A DNA stretch of 64,000 nucleotides from an uncultured Gemmatimonadales bacterium (GTDB lineage: Bacteria; Gemmatimonadota; Gemmatimonadetes; Gemmatimonadales; GWC2-71-9): assembly GCA_963798915.1 (NCBI GenBank), contig CAWCVB010000006.1:436307-500306 (forward strand), in the 5' to 3' direction. The notes under the pieces are model-generated. The model had not been told where the DNA came from. It saw only the letters and a list, made by a program, of their open reading frames with translations, and did not search any database. This document shows, piece after piece, positions 30,905 to 40,177 of this stretch (position 1 is its first letter; every line of letters starts with the position of its first letter). The translations under genes were made by a program, and so were the position numbers.

Positions 30905-30920
30905 TGGCCCCGGACTTGCA
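30905..30920 (+). promoter_or_regulatory. Putative sigma54 (-24/-12) promoter
   Basis: TGGCCCCGGACTTGCA has exact GG-N10-GC spacing with TTGCA, about 40 nt upstream of the start at 30962. Confidence 0.6.
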
Positions 30921-30961
30921 AAATCCGGCCCCACGCGGTCAATCCCCCGCTTCCCGGATCA

Positions 30962-32677
30962 ATGATGACGTCGCAACGAATGCAGCGCCACGTGCTGACC
31001 GTGGGCCTGGAGGACTTCTTCCAGGTGGACGCCTTCGACCGTCTGATCGAACCGCGCCAGTGGTCCCGGTTCGAACGGCGGCTGGAGCGGAGCACCGCGC
31101 GCACCCTTGAACTGCTGGATGCATCGGGTACCCGGGCCACGTTCTTTGTCCTGGGCTGGATTGCCGATTTCGTGCCCGAGCTGGTGCGGGCCATTGCCGA
31201 TCGCGGCCACGAGATCGCCAGCCGGGGCTACGATCATCGCAGTGTGAGCACGCTCGACCCGGCATCGTTCCGGGAAGACCTGACTCGCTCACGAGAGGCG
31301 ATTGAGCGGGCGGCCGGTGTCCGGGTGCTGGGGCACCGCGCCGCCCGACTCTGGTACCATCCGGTCAACCTCTGGGCTCTCGACGTTCTCGCCGCCGAGG
31401 GATACGCCTACGACTCGAGCCTGGCGCCGTTCCTTCGCCGGTTTGCGCACGACCCGTGGAGGCGGCACTGTCATCCGGTCCAGACTGCACATGGCCCCAT
31501 CTGGGAGCTGCCGGTCAGCACCACCAGGGTCCTTGGCCAGGCCGTGCCGATCGCAGGCGGCAACTATGTGCGGCAGCTCCCCTCGAAGTTTATCGACCGC
31601 CGGATCGACCGCTGGATGCGCGAAGAGCCGGCCCCTTTTGTGATGTATTTCCACGTCTGGGAACTGGATCCCGAGCAACCACGTGTCGCGGCTCCGCTGC
31701 TCCAGCGCGTGCGGCAGTATCGGAACCTGGACCGGATGCGGGACTTTCTCTCCCGCTGGATCAGTTGCCAGCCTTTTGGCACCGCGGCTGCACTGCTGGA
31801 TATTGAACAGCCGCGGCTGCGCTCGAGCCCGGCGTCCCAGGGGGTGCCACACGTCACTCTTCCCGCCCCTGCCGGGCCGACCCTGACGCCCGTCACCGTC
31901 GTGGTGCCGTGCTTCAACGAAGCACACTCGCTGGGCTCACTGGCCAGCAGGCTCGATGCGCTGCAGCGAACGCTCGGCCATCAGTACGCCTTGTCGTATG
32001 TCTTCGTGGACGACGGAAGCACCGACCAGACGTGGTCAGTCCTTGAACGGCTCTTCGGCAGCAGGACCGACGTGAACCGGGTGCGCCTGCCGCGTAACCA
32101 GGGCATCGCAGCGGCGATCAGGACTGGCGTGCTGCGCGCTCGCACCGAAATCGTCTGCTCGATTGACGTTCGCTGCAGCCACGATCCCATCGTCCTGGGC
32201 ACAATGCTTCCCTGCCTGCGTGACGGCGTGGACATGGTAACCGCATCTCCGTACTACGTGGACGGCGCCGTGCGAAACATGCCAGCCTGGCGTCTGGGGC
32301 TCTCGCGCGCCCTGTCGCGCCTGTACGGCCTCCTCCTCGGCAGCCGCATCACCAGCTACACCAGTTGCTTCAGGGTGTACCGGCGAAGCCAGGTGGCGGC
32401 CTGCCGGGCGGATCGGGGTGGTGATCTCGGGATCACAGAGCTGCTGGGACGGATGTTGCTCGCCGGCGGGAACGTTGTCGAGGTGCCCGCGGCGCTCGAG
32501 GTACCAGTAGTCGCCCAGCCGAAGCTGAAGCTGGCAGGAACGATTGCCGGCCATCTCGGGCTTTGTGGTTCGCTGCTGGGCCTCCGGGTTCGATTGGCTG
32601 CACGTGAAGCTGCGCGGCGCGTGTCGGGCATGACACCAAGCCGGGTGCGCCAGGTAACGGTCAGTGGCGCTCCCTGA
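30962..32677 (+). CDS. Polysaccharide deacetylase (DUF3473/exosortase-associated type) fused to a GT2 glycosyltransferase
   Basis: EDFFQ, ATFFVLGWIA, YDSS, GGNYVR, YFHVWELDP; then VVVPCFNE, VDDGSTD, YTSCFRVYRR. Confidence 0.88.
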   Translation: MMTSQRMQRHVLTVGLEDFFQVDAFDRLIEPRQWSRFERRLERSTARTLELLDASGTRATFFVLGWIADFVPELVRAIADRGHEIASRGYDHRSVSTLDPASFREDLTRSREAIERAAGVRVLGHRAARLWYHPVNLWALDVLAAEGYAYDSSLAPFLRRFAHDPWRRHCHPVQTAHGPIWELPVSTTRVLGQAVPIAGGNYVRQLPSKFIDRRIDRWMREEPAPFVMYFHVWELDPEQPRVAAPLLQRVRQYRNLDRMRDFLSRWISCQPFGTAAALLDIEQPRLRSSPASQGVPHVTLPAPAGPTLTPVTVVVPCFNEAHSLGSLASRLDALQRTLGHQYALSYVFVDDGSTDQTWSVLERLFGSRTDVNRVRLPRNQGIAAAIRTGVLRARTEIVCSIDVRCSHDPIVLGTMLPCLRDGVDMVTASPYYVDGAVRNMPAWRLGLSRALSRLYGLLLGSRITSYTSCFRVYRRSQVAACRADRGGDLGITELLGRMLLAGGNVVEVPAALEVPVVAQPKLKLAGTIAGHLGLCGSLLGLRVRLAAREAARRVSGMTPSRVRQVTVSGAP

Positions 32678-32771
32678 GATCGCGGCGCCAGTCAGCGGCT
32701 CATGGAGAACGTTCCCGTCGACGCTGGCCAGCCGATCGATGGGCAGGGGGTCGGGCGCACTTTCCAGTAGC

Positions 32772-33067
32772 TTTTCCACATTCCATTGGCCCTTCACCTC
32801 ATTCCAGGTTTCACTGATGGAGGCTGTGTGGAAAATTGCTGGCACGGCGAGGCTAAGCACATCCGCAACTTCACCGACTCATGCAATCGGCCTCAAGTAT
32901 AACATTATCATGCGCAGAGGAAGTCCACTACTCCCAATGTTATAGCCGGCGTCCTCTATCCTCAATTCTTGGATTTCGACAGTGTCGCCAGTGTTGCCTT
33001 GTGGTGTCAGTGGTTGGCTTTTTCCACGCCCTCCACACGCGGCGGAACACCCGCAGGGCCATCCACA
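32772..33067. promoter_or_regulatory. Cluster of DnaA-box-like 9-mers in an AT-richer convergent gap
   Basis: TTTTCCACA at 32772 and TGTGGAAAA at 32827 fit TTWTNCACA. Weaker copies are TTTTCCACG at 33020 and CCATCCACA at 33059. Confidence 0.4.
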
Positions 33068-33876
33068 ATCGATTGTTCAAAGTCTCGGGAGAAGCTGAAC
33101 CGGGCCGAACCGCCGAGCCAGTATTCCGCCACCCATCGTATGGGAGAGCGCAGCAGCGCCGTCGCCATGATGCCCGTGCCAGAGACCCGCAGGCTTCCAA
33201 CCACGTGGCGACGGCTGAGGGGCTCACTGTGAACCTGAACCCGCCAGTGAGGCGGCTGGCCAACCAGCTCCCAGAGCTCGTCGGCTGTGCCCGCTGGCAT
33301 CTCGGCGGCGAGGTTCCCTTCCCAGACCAATCGCGATTCATCGATCTGGGCCCGCACCAGGCGCTGACCGGTCAAGTCGTCGACATCGAGCTCGGCCTCG
33401 AACTGCAGCACCTCCGCCGAGCGCGCCAGATCGCCAGCCGCTCGAAGGTCTCCCTCGGTGGTGAAAATGACGGCTGGCAGCCCCCCGGCCGCTGTGCGCA
33501 CCTGCCAGACCAGCACGCTGACCGGCCTGTCCTTGTGTCGCTGCCTCTTATGGCCCGTCCGGCTCGAGTCGGCCTGCCAGAGGCAGATGGACGAGGGATA
33601 CCAGTCTCGGAGCGAGTCCGCGGCCTCTACGGCCCTCCCCAGAACCGGACCCAGGCTACCCGCGGCGGAGGCCGGCACGGGATGGTAGGCCTGAAACGGT
33701 GTGCGCTGGAGCAGGTCGGGTGCAATGAGAAAGTCGACACAGAGGCCGGTACGGAGGCCGTACAGCACCCAGCTGGTGGCGCCCTGGGCCTGGACGACAA
33801 AGGGCAGGACCAGGAGCACCAGCAGCGCCCCGATCCTGCCCCCTGCGCGCCCAGAAGATGGGCGGTCTTCGCTCAC
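33007..33876 (-). CDS. Secreted hypothetical protein
   Basis: Signal-like segment ALLVLLVLPFVVQA; 4-nt overlap with the peroxiredoxin gene. Confidence 0.65.
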   Translation of the reverse strand: MSEDRPSSGRAGGRIGALLVLLVLPFVVQAQGATSWVLYGLRTGLCVDFLIAPDLLQRTPFQAYHPVPASAAGSLGPVLGRAVEAADSLRDWYPSSICLWQADSSRTGHKRQRHKDRPVSVLVWQVRTAAGGLPAVIFTTEGDLRAAGDLARSAEVLQFEAELDVDDLTGQRLVRAQIDESRLVWEGNLAAEMPAGTADELWELVGQPPHWRVQVHSEPLSRRHVVGSLRVSGTGIMATALLRSPIRWVAEYWLGGSARFSFSRDFEQSIVDGPAGVPPRVEGVEKANH

Positions 33877-34451
33877 CCCCGACCCGCCTGCGCCACGGCC
33901 TTCTTCAGCGCATCGTACGCCTTGGGATCGAGCGCGCCGAACTGCATGTTTCGATAGGCGACCCGTCCGGAGGGATCGATGACGAACACTGTCCGCCGGT
34001 TGTATCCGCTGGAGCCGGCGCTCCCATATCGCCTGGACACCTGCTGGCGCGGGTCGCTCAGCAACGCGAAGGGCATCCCGATGCTCTGGGCAAAGCGCTG
34101 GTGCGACTCCACCGAATCAACGCTGATGCCGACCACGACAACATTGTCGCCAAACAACTCGCTGTACCGGTCGGTAAACTGCTGCATTTCCGCGGTGCAG
34201 CCGCTGGTGAAGTCCTTGGGATAGAACGCAACGACCACGGTCTTGCCGCGCTGACTCGCCAGGGCAAAGTCGGCATCCACACTCCCAATCGAATCGCGCG
34301 TGGCCCAAGCCAGGCGGAAATCCGGAGCCATCTGCCCGACGTCTGGTCCGCCCACGAGCATCGCCGTCGGCGGGCCCTTATCCTGCGCCGCGGCCGGCGC
34401 GGCGACCAAGCCTGCAAGCGCCACGGTTGTGATCAGCCGTCTCCACATCAT
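33873..34451 (-). CDS. Exported BCP/PrxQ-type peroxiredoxin
   Basis: Signal peptide, APDF, FYPKDFTSGCTAE, GISVD, RTVFVID. Confidence 0.9.
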   Translation of the reverse strand: MMWRRLITTVALAGLVAAPAAAQDKGPPTAMLVGGPDVGQMAPDFRLAWATRDSIGSVDADFALASQRGKTVVVAFYPKDFTSGCTAEMQQFTDRYSELFGDNVVVVGISVDSVESHQRFAQSIGMPFALLSDPRQQVSRRYGSAGSSGYNRRTVFVIDPSGRVAYRNMQFGALDPKAYDALKKAVAQAGRG

Positions 34452-34978
34452 TCAGTCCCCTCCTGCTGGTGTTGGCGCCCGCTGGCCTGCTGCAGCGCCG
34501 CAGTGACATTCTGATTTCCGCCCAACCCGGTGTAGATGACCCGCCCACTCCGGTCGGCTATCACGATGAAGGAAGTCGCCGGAGGATCCCAGGCACTGGC
34601 CGCGGTGCCCGCGTCGTCGTAGAGCACTTCAAAGGGCGGATGTTCCCGCCGGATATAGTCGCGCACTCGTTGCTTCGAGTCGCCGACCGTGACGTTGATA
34701 CCGATGAAATCGACAGCGTCGCCGAAAGTCTCGTGGGCCGCCTTCAGCTTGGGCAGCATGGCGGCGCATGAGGTGCACCACGTGGCCCAGAACTCGATCA
34801 GGACTGGCCGGCGGCCGAAGACCGCGCCGAGATCCCGGTCCGCGCCGTCCAGATCGTGTACCACCAGCCCGGCAAGCTGATCGCCCACGGCAATGCCGGC
34901 TTGGTCCTGCCCCAAAGCAGGCGATGCCGCGGCAACGACCATCGCCAGCAACAGGCCGCTCACCCGCCCGCCCCTCAT
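34448..34978 (-). CDS. TlpA family thiol-disulfide oxidoreductase
   Basis: Signal peptide, [10 protein letters not shown]. Confidence 0.9.
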   Translation of the reverse strand: MRGGRVSGLLLAMVVAAASPALGQDQAGIAVGDQLAGLVVHDLDGADRDLGAVFGRRPVLIEFWATWCTSCAAMLPKLKAAHETFGDAVDFIGINVTVGDSKQRVRDYIRREHPPFEVLYDDAGTAASAWDPPATSFIVIADRSGRVIYTGLGGNQNVTAALQQASGRQHQQEGTE

Positions 34979-36228
34979 GCCGACACCGCGCCAGGCACCG
35001 CGTCCGGGTCCCCAGCGGGACGGTAGCGGTGCGCGACGTAATCTTCGAGAATCACCAGAAACTCCGGTACGATATTGTCACCACGTAATGTGACGGCGAG
35101 TCGCCCATCGATGAACACAGGTGCCTTGGGTTCTTCGAACGTTCCGGGTAGCGAGATACCGATGTTGGCATGCTTGGACTCGCCCGGGCCGTTCACCACA
35201 CAACCCATGACGGCCACCTTGAGTTCCTCGACCCCCGGCCGCTCCGAGCGCCACACCGGCATCTGGGCCCGCAGGTAGGACTGGATGTCCATCGCCATCT
35301 GCTGAAAGAAGGTGCTGGTAGTGCGCCCGCAGCCAGGGCAACTGGTCACCTGGGGGGCGAAGCTGCGGAGGCCCATGCTCTGCAGGATCTGCTGCGCGAC
35401 CTGGACCTCCTCAGTGCGGTCGCCACCTGGCGCCGGCGTGAGTGAGACGCGAATGGTGTCGCCGATACCCTCCTGCAGCAGGATGGCGAGACCAGCGGTG
35501 CTGGCCACGATGCCCTTCATGCCGAGCCCGGCCTCCGTCAGGCCGAGATGCAGCGGGAAGTCGCACCGGCCCGCCAGCATGCGGTACACATCCACCAGGT
35601 CCTGCACACCGCTGACCTTCGCGCTGAGAATGATACGATTGCGTGGCATGCCGGCCTGCTGCGCAAATGCGGCGCTCTGGAGCGCGCTCTCGACCATTGC
35701 TTCCATCGTCACGGCACGCGCGTCGCGCGGACGCGGCGAGGCCGCGTTCGCGTCCATCATCTCGGTCAGCAGGGACTGGTCCAGCGATCCCCAGTTCACG
35801 CCGATGCGGACCGGCTTCTCGAAGCGGAGGGCGACGTCGAGGATGGCCCCGAAATGCTGGTCCTGCCGCTTGCCACCGACGTTGCCAGGATTGATGCGAT
35901 ACTTCGCCAGGGCGCGGGCGCATTCCGGATGGCGGGTCAACAGCAGGTGGCCGTTGTAGTGGAAATCGCCGACGATGGGCACGGCGAGTCCAAGACCATC
36001 GAGGTGCTCGACGATGCGCGGCACCGCCCTCGCGGCGGCGTCGTTGTTCACGGTCACCCGCACCAGTTCGCTCCCGGCACGCGCCAGCGCGAGCACCTGC
36101 TGAACCGTCGCCTCGGCGTCGGCCGTATCGGTGTTGGTCATGGACTGGACCACAACCGGGTGGCTGGAGCCAATCTGCACGCCGCCAACGGCGACGCTTG
36201 GCGTCTCGCGCCTCAACTGAGATGGCAT
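34975..36228 (-). CDS. ispG: HMBPP synthase IspG
   Basis: [58 protein letters not shown]. Confidence 0.97.
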   Translation of the reverse strand: MPSQLRRETPSVAVGGVQIGSSHPVVVQSMTNTDTADAEATVQQVLALARAGSELVRVTVNNDAAARAVPRIVEHLDGLGLAVPIVGDFHYNGHLLLTRHPECARALAKYRINPGNVGGKRQDQHFGAILDVALRFEKPVRIGVNWGSLDQSLLTEMMDANAASPRPRDARAVTMEAMVESALQSAAFAQQAGMPRNRIILSAKVSGVQDLVDVYRMLAGRCDFPLHLGLTEAGLGMKGIVASTAGLAILLQEGIGDTIRVSLTPAPGGDRTEEVQVAQQILQSMGLRSFAPQVTSCPGCGRTTSTFFQQMAMDIQSYLRAQMPVWRSERPGVEELKVAVMGCVVNGPGESKHANIGISLPGTFEEPKAPVFIDGRLAVTLRGDNIVPEFLVILEDYVAHRYRPAGDPDAVPGAVSA

Positions 36229-36261
36229 GACGGAAATATAAGGGGATGGCCCGGCGAGCGA

Positions 36262-37002
36262 TCAGCGCAGGCATTTCTCCACGAACGCGCGGATCGGCTC
36301 TCGCACGTCGTAATAGATGGCCATGGCATGCCCGGCACCGGGCGAGATCTGCACCTCGACATGGGCATGCCCCTCGCTCCAGCGGCGCGCATTCTCTGCC
36401 CCGTCGAATGGATCCGCTTCAGAGGAGGCAAGCAGCGCCGGCCAGCCTCCACTCGCAACAGAGGCCTGGATGCGCTCAACCGCGTCGGCTCCGTGCGCCA
36501 GGGCGCCGGCCGCGCCCAACGTCACGACTCCCAGGAGACCGTCCACGCGGGGCGCCGCCAGCAGCACGCCGGTGCCGCCCACGCTGCCACCCACCAGCAG
36601 CAGTGAGGGCGCGATGAAGTTTTGCGCCGCGCCCCAGGCCGCCACCCGGACAATGTCATCGGCGATGAGGGGAAAGCGCACCCGTTCGGCGCTCGCCATG
36701 AACGCCGTGCCGAACGCGCCAGCGGTGAAATCCTTCGGGGTGTCCACCACCAGCGGCCGAGCCAGGCCATGGATGGAGGCCCCATGCCCGCGCTCATCGA
36801 ATGCCAGCGTCGCCAGTCCCAGCTCATGCAGATCCTGGACGAGGGGCTCGAAACTATGCCGGTCGGAGGGATACTGATGGGCCAGCACCGCGAGCGGCCA
36901 GGATCGGCCCGGCGAACGCGCCGGATAGCGGAGTTCGCCGGCCAGCACCAGATCATCTTCCGCCCGCACCGACATGCTGATGGGGGCGAGGGCGGGCTCC
37001 AT
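36262..37002 (-). CDS. Alpha/beta hydrolase
   Basis: FDERGHGAS, GGSVGG elbow, candidate Asp (ADPF) and His (AGHA). Confidence 0.8.
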   Translation of the reverse strand: MEPALAPISMSVRAEDDLVLAGELRYPARSPGRSWPLAVLAHQYPSDRHSFEPLVQDLHELGLATLAFDERGHGASIHGLARPLVVDTPKDFTAGAFGTAFMASAERVRFPLIADDIVRVAAWGAAQNFIAPSLLLVGGSVGGTGVLLAAPRVDGLLGVVTLGAAGALAHGADAVERIQASVASGGWPALLASSEADPFDGAENARRWSEGHAHVEVQISPGAGHAMAIYYDVREPIRAFVEKCLR

Positions 37003-37003
37003 C

Positions 37004-37270
37004 TCAGACGATCCCAAGCTGCGAGAGCAGGCGCCGGTAATCGACGTCGGAAACAAGGCCCTTCTGGTGAAGCGGATCGATGGCCGCCATGATATCGGCC
37101 CGCGAGCCATCAATCCGCCGATCGCGGAGCTCCGAGACCATGCGGGCAAATCGATGTTCATACTCGTTCGGCTTGATTTCGCCGTTCGCGCGCTTGGTCG
37201 AAAGGCGCTCGAGTTCCTCCGCCACCCGGGCGGGAGAAATCGGCTTGAGGGCTCCCTGCTCATCTGACAT
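37004..37270 (-). CDS. Small hypothetical protein (SHOCT-like helices)
   Basis: SD AAGGAG; ELERL...ANGEIKPNEYE and LHQKGLVSDVDY resemble SHOCT motifs. Confidence 0.7.
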   Translation of the reverse strand: MSDEQGALKPISPARVAEELERLSTKRANGEIKPNEYEHRFARMVSELRDRRIDGSRADIMAAIDPLHQKGLVSDVDYRRLLSQLGIV

Positions 37271-37359
37271 CTGCTGCTCCTTGACCGGTGACATGACCGA
37301 CGGACGTGCACAAAGCTGCCCGGACACGGGCCCGGGCGTCAACTCTGCTGGGACTGGGA

Positions 37360-37635
37360 TCAGGCGGTGCGCTGACGGCGGGGCTCGGCGGCATCCGGAT
37401 CGTCCGCGCGGGTGCGCAGGTCGGAAGTGTCGCCGCGCGACCAGCCGCCCCGAAACTCGAAGTGGCGGGTGTCGAGGAGACGATCGCCGAGCACGACAGT
37501 GCCGGTGAGTTGCAGGTGCCAGAACAGCATCCGCGCCCCCACCTCGGCAGCCGGCGTCCACACGCCCGGCTGTACTGGGGGATACAGATGCGCATACTCG
37601 GCTCTGAGACGTGCTTCGCGGATCGTGGAGTCCAT
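37360..37635 (-). CDS. Small hypothetical protein
   Basis: Purine-rich SD GAGGGG; protein-like sequence REARLRAEYAHLYP...HFEFRGG. Confidence 0.65.
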   Translation of the reverse strand: MDSTIREARLRAEYAHLYPPVQPGVWTPAAEVGARMLFWHLQLTGTVVLGDRLLDTRHFEFRGGWSRGDTSDLRTRADDPDAAEPRRQRTA

Positions 37636-37732
37636 TGAGACCCCTCGGCCAGAGGATGTGGCGATCACGACGAAACGCTGGACGGCTGGACCACTCACTA
37701 TACGGGAGCCCGGCCGTCCGGTAAAGGGGCCT

Positions 37733-39283
37733 TCACTCGCTGATCACCACTTTGCCCCCGCCTTGCCCGCGCCGCAGGAGTAATGCCAAGGGGAGCGCCA
37801 CGGCAAAGAGGATCGCTATGAGGTACAGAACGTGATCGTAGGAGAGCACGGCGGCCTGCTGGCGGATGCTCCGAGCGAGGAGTGCCAGCGCGCGCAGCCG
37901 GGCGTCGTCCGCCGACGCCCCGAACCGTTGCATCGCACCCGTGGCGCCCCTAAGCCACTGTCGGGTCACGGGATCGAAGGCGGTGACATGAGCGGTGAGG
38001 AGGGCGAAGTACCGGGCGCTCCCCCGGGAAACCTCGGTGGCCGCGATGGCAATGCCGACGCTGCCCGCCACCTGCCGGACCACGTTGTACAACCCGGTGG
38101 CCGCCGTCAGCCTCGGCTTCTCTATGGTGGCCAGGGCGGCGGTACTGAGGGGCACGAACAACAGGCTGAAGCCGAATCCCTGCCACACCTGGGGCCAGAA
38201 GATGTCCCAGAACCCGCTCACGGACGTCATCCGGGAGAGGTCCCAGAAGGAGTATGTGCTGACAATCAGACCGACGAAGACCATCGCCCGGGGTCCCAGC
38301 CGGTTGTACAGGCGGCCGGAAATCGGCATGGCCACCGCCATCGCAAGGCTGCGCGGCATCAGGGCCAGGCCCGACTCGAAGGCGCTGTAGCCCAGGATTG
38401 TCTGGAGGAAGAGCGGCAGAATGAAGAGACTGGAATACAAGCCGAGGCCGAGAATTCCGCCCACGGCGGTCGCAGCGGTAAAGGGGCCGTTGCGCAGGAG
38501 GCTGAGGTCCACAGCTGGTCTGCGAGTGCGGAGCTCGTGCCAGACGAACAGGAGCAGTCCCACGGCGGCGGCCAACCCGAGCATCACGATGAATCGAGAC
38601 TCGAACCAATCCTTGCCTTCCCCCTTCTCCAGCATGAGCTGCAGCGCGCCCAGCCCAAGCGCGAGCAGCGCGATGCCGGTCCAGTCCATGCCGCCACGTT
38701 TGCGCTCGAGAAAGGGCGGGTCGTGAATGAATCGCTGCACCAGGAAGAAGTTGAGCACCCCGATGGGCAAGTTGATGTAGAACACCCAGGGCCAGCTGTA
38801 GGTGTCGGTCAGCCAGCCACCGAGCGTCGGCCCCAGCGCCGGCGCGATGACGACCCCCATGCCGTAAACACCCATCGCCATCCCCTGCTCTTCGGTTGGG
38901 AAGCTCTCGCGAAGGATGGCCTGCGAGACGGTCATCAGCACGCCGCCGCCCATGCCCTGCAGCACCCGAAACACGACGATCACCTCGAGGCTCCGGGCGA
39001 GGCCACAGAGCATCGAGGCGACGGTGAACAGGACCACCGACATCTGGTACATCCGCTTGCGGCCAATCTGCTCGGCGAGCGTGCCGAGGATCGGCATGAT
39101 GATGACGTTGGAGAGGATGTAGCCAGTGACGACCCAGGCGATCTCCTCGATGGAAGCGCCGAGGGTTCCCGCCATGTCCGGGAGGGCAACGTTGACGATG
39201 CTCGAATCCAGCACCGCCATCATAGTGCCGGTCATCACCGTGACCGCGACGACCCACTTGTTGACTCCGGACTCGACGCTCAC
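37733..39283 (-). CDS. DHA2 family MFS efflux permease (EmrB-like)
   Basis: LDSSIVNVALP, FRVLQGMGGG, GPTLGGWL, WPWVFYINLPIG, 14-TM pattern. Confidence 0.93.
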   Translation of the reverse strand: MSVESGVNKWVVAVTVMTGTMMAVLDSSIVNVALPDMAGTLGASIEEIAWVVTGYILSNVIIMPILGTLAEQIGRKRMYQMSVVLFTVASMLCGLARSLEVIVVFRVLQGMGGGVLMTVSQAILRESFPTEEQGMAMGVYGMGVVIAPALGPTLGGWLTDTYSWPWVFYINLPIGVLNFFLVQRFIHDPPFLERKRGGMDWTGIALLALGLGALQLMLEKGEGKDWFESRFIVMLGLAAAVGLLLFVWHELRTRRPAVDLSLLRNGPFTAATAVGGILGLGLYSSLFILPLFLQTILGYSAFESGLALMPRSLAMAVAMPISGRLYNRLGPRAMVFVGLIVSTYSFWDLSRMTSVSGFWDIFWPQVWQGFGFSLLFVPLSTAALATIEKPRLTAATGLYNVVRQVAGSVGIAIAATEVSRGSARYFALLTAHVTAFDPVTRQWLRGATGAMQRFGASADDARLRALALLARSIRQQAAVLSYDHVLYLIAILFAVALPLALLLRRGQGGGKVVISE

Positions 39284-39486
39284 GTGAGGACGGGCCTGCG
39301 GAAGTGCGGGGACATTCTGGAATAAAGGACGGACGGGCCGGACAGGACAGACCCGAAGCAGAAACGGTCGGCGAGCCGGCCAGGCGCGGGAACCGGCTGG
39401 CGAGCTGGGCGGTTCAACGGTCCGGCGGACGTGCGCATGGTGCGTGAGTTCCGCCACCTGCCATGCCTCGCGAGGGAGCCGCTATC

Positions 39487-40116
39487 GTGCGATTTCAACT
39501 CCTGCTTCTTGTTGGTGGACTGGCGACGGTCTCGGCGGCATCGCGCCGCGGTGCGGGGCTGCCGGGCGCTCCGGCACCTGATTCCGTGGTGTACCGAATC
39601 GTTCCTGCCAGTCACTTTGATGTGGTGACCGGGAAGGGCGGACTTTTTGGCTTTGCCGGCCACCGACATCGGATTCGGGCCGGTGAGGTGAACGGGGAGG
39701 CTGTCTACTACGCCGACTCACTCGGCCTGTCCCACGTGGAGGTTTCTGTTCCCGTCACCTCCCTGGAAGTTCTGACTCCACGGGACACGGCCGAAGTGCG
39801 CAAGGTACGGCACACGATGCTCACCGACGTGCTCCACCCCGAGCAGCACCCACGGGTCAGCTTCTCCGGCCAACTCACCTCGCTTCATCGCGACGAGGCA
39901 AGCGTATTGGCCACGCTGACGCTCGAGGGCGTCAGCCGGACCATTCCTGTCATGGCCACGGTCCACATTACTCCGTACTCGCTCCTGGCCACGTGCCGCT
40001 TCACAGTCAAGCAATCGGATTTCGGCATCACGCCGTTCAGCGGTGGACCGATGGGAACCGTCAAAGTTGCAGATGAAGTGACGTTCGAAATCGAGGCAAT
40101 GGGGGTGAGAGAGTAG
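39487..40116 (+). CDS. YceI family protein
   Basis: Signal peptide, GHRH, VPVTSL, QHPRVSF, LTLEGVSR, QSDFGITP. Confidence 0.85.
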   Translation: MRFQLLLLVGGLATVSAASRRGAGLPGAPAPDSVVYRIVPASHFDVVTGKGGLFGFAGHRHRIRAGEVNGEAVYYADSLGLSHVEVSVPVTSLEVLTPRDTAEVRKVRHTMLTDVLHPEQHPRVSFSGQLTSLHRDEASVLATLTLEGVSRTIPVMATVHITPYSLLATCRFTVKQSDFGITPFSGGPMGTVKVADEVTFEIEAMGVRE

Positions 40117-40177
40117 CCGACTGGGTGGCGCACAGCCAGCGGCATCCTGCCTTTCCCGCCTGGCCTGCCCGTCCTGT

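Noticed and set aside
32838..32856. Sigma54 promoter TGGCACG in the AT-richer gap
   Set aside because: The spacing is GG-N9-GC without TTGC, and there is no downstream plus-strand gene.
33873..34978. Selenoprotein forms of the peroxiredoxin or TlpA
   Set aside because: The active sites use ordinary Cys codons with no in-frame TGA.
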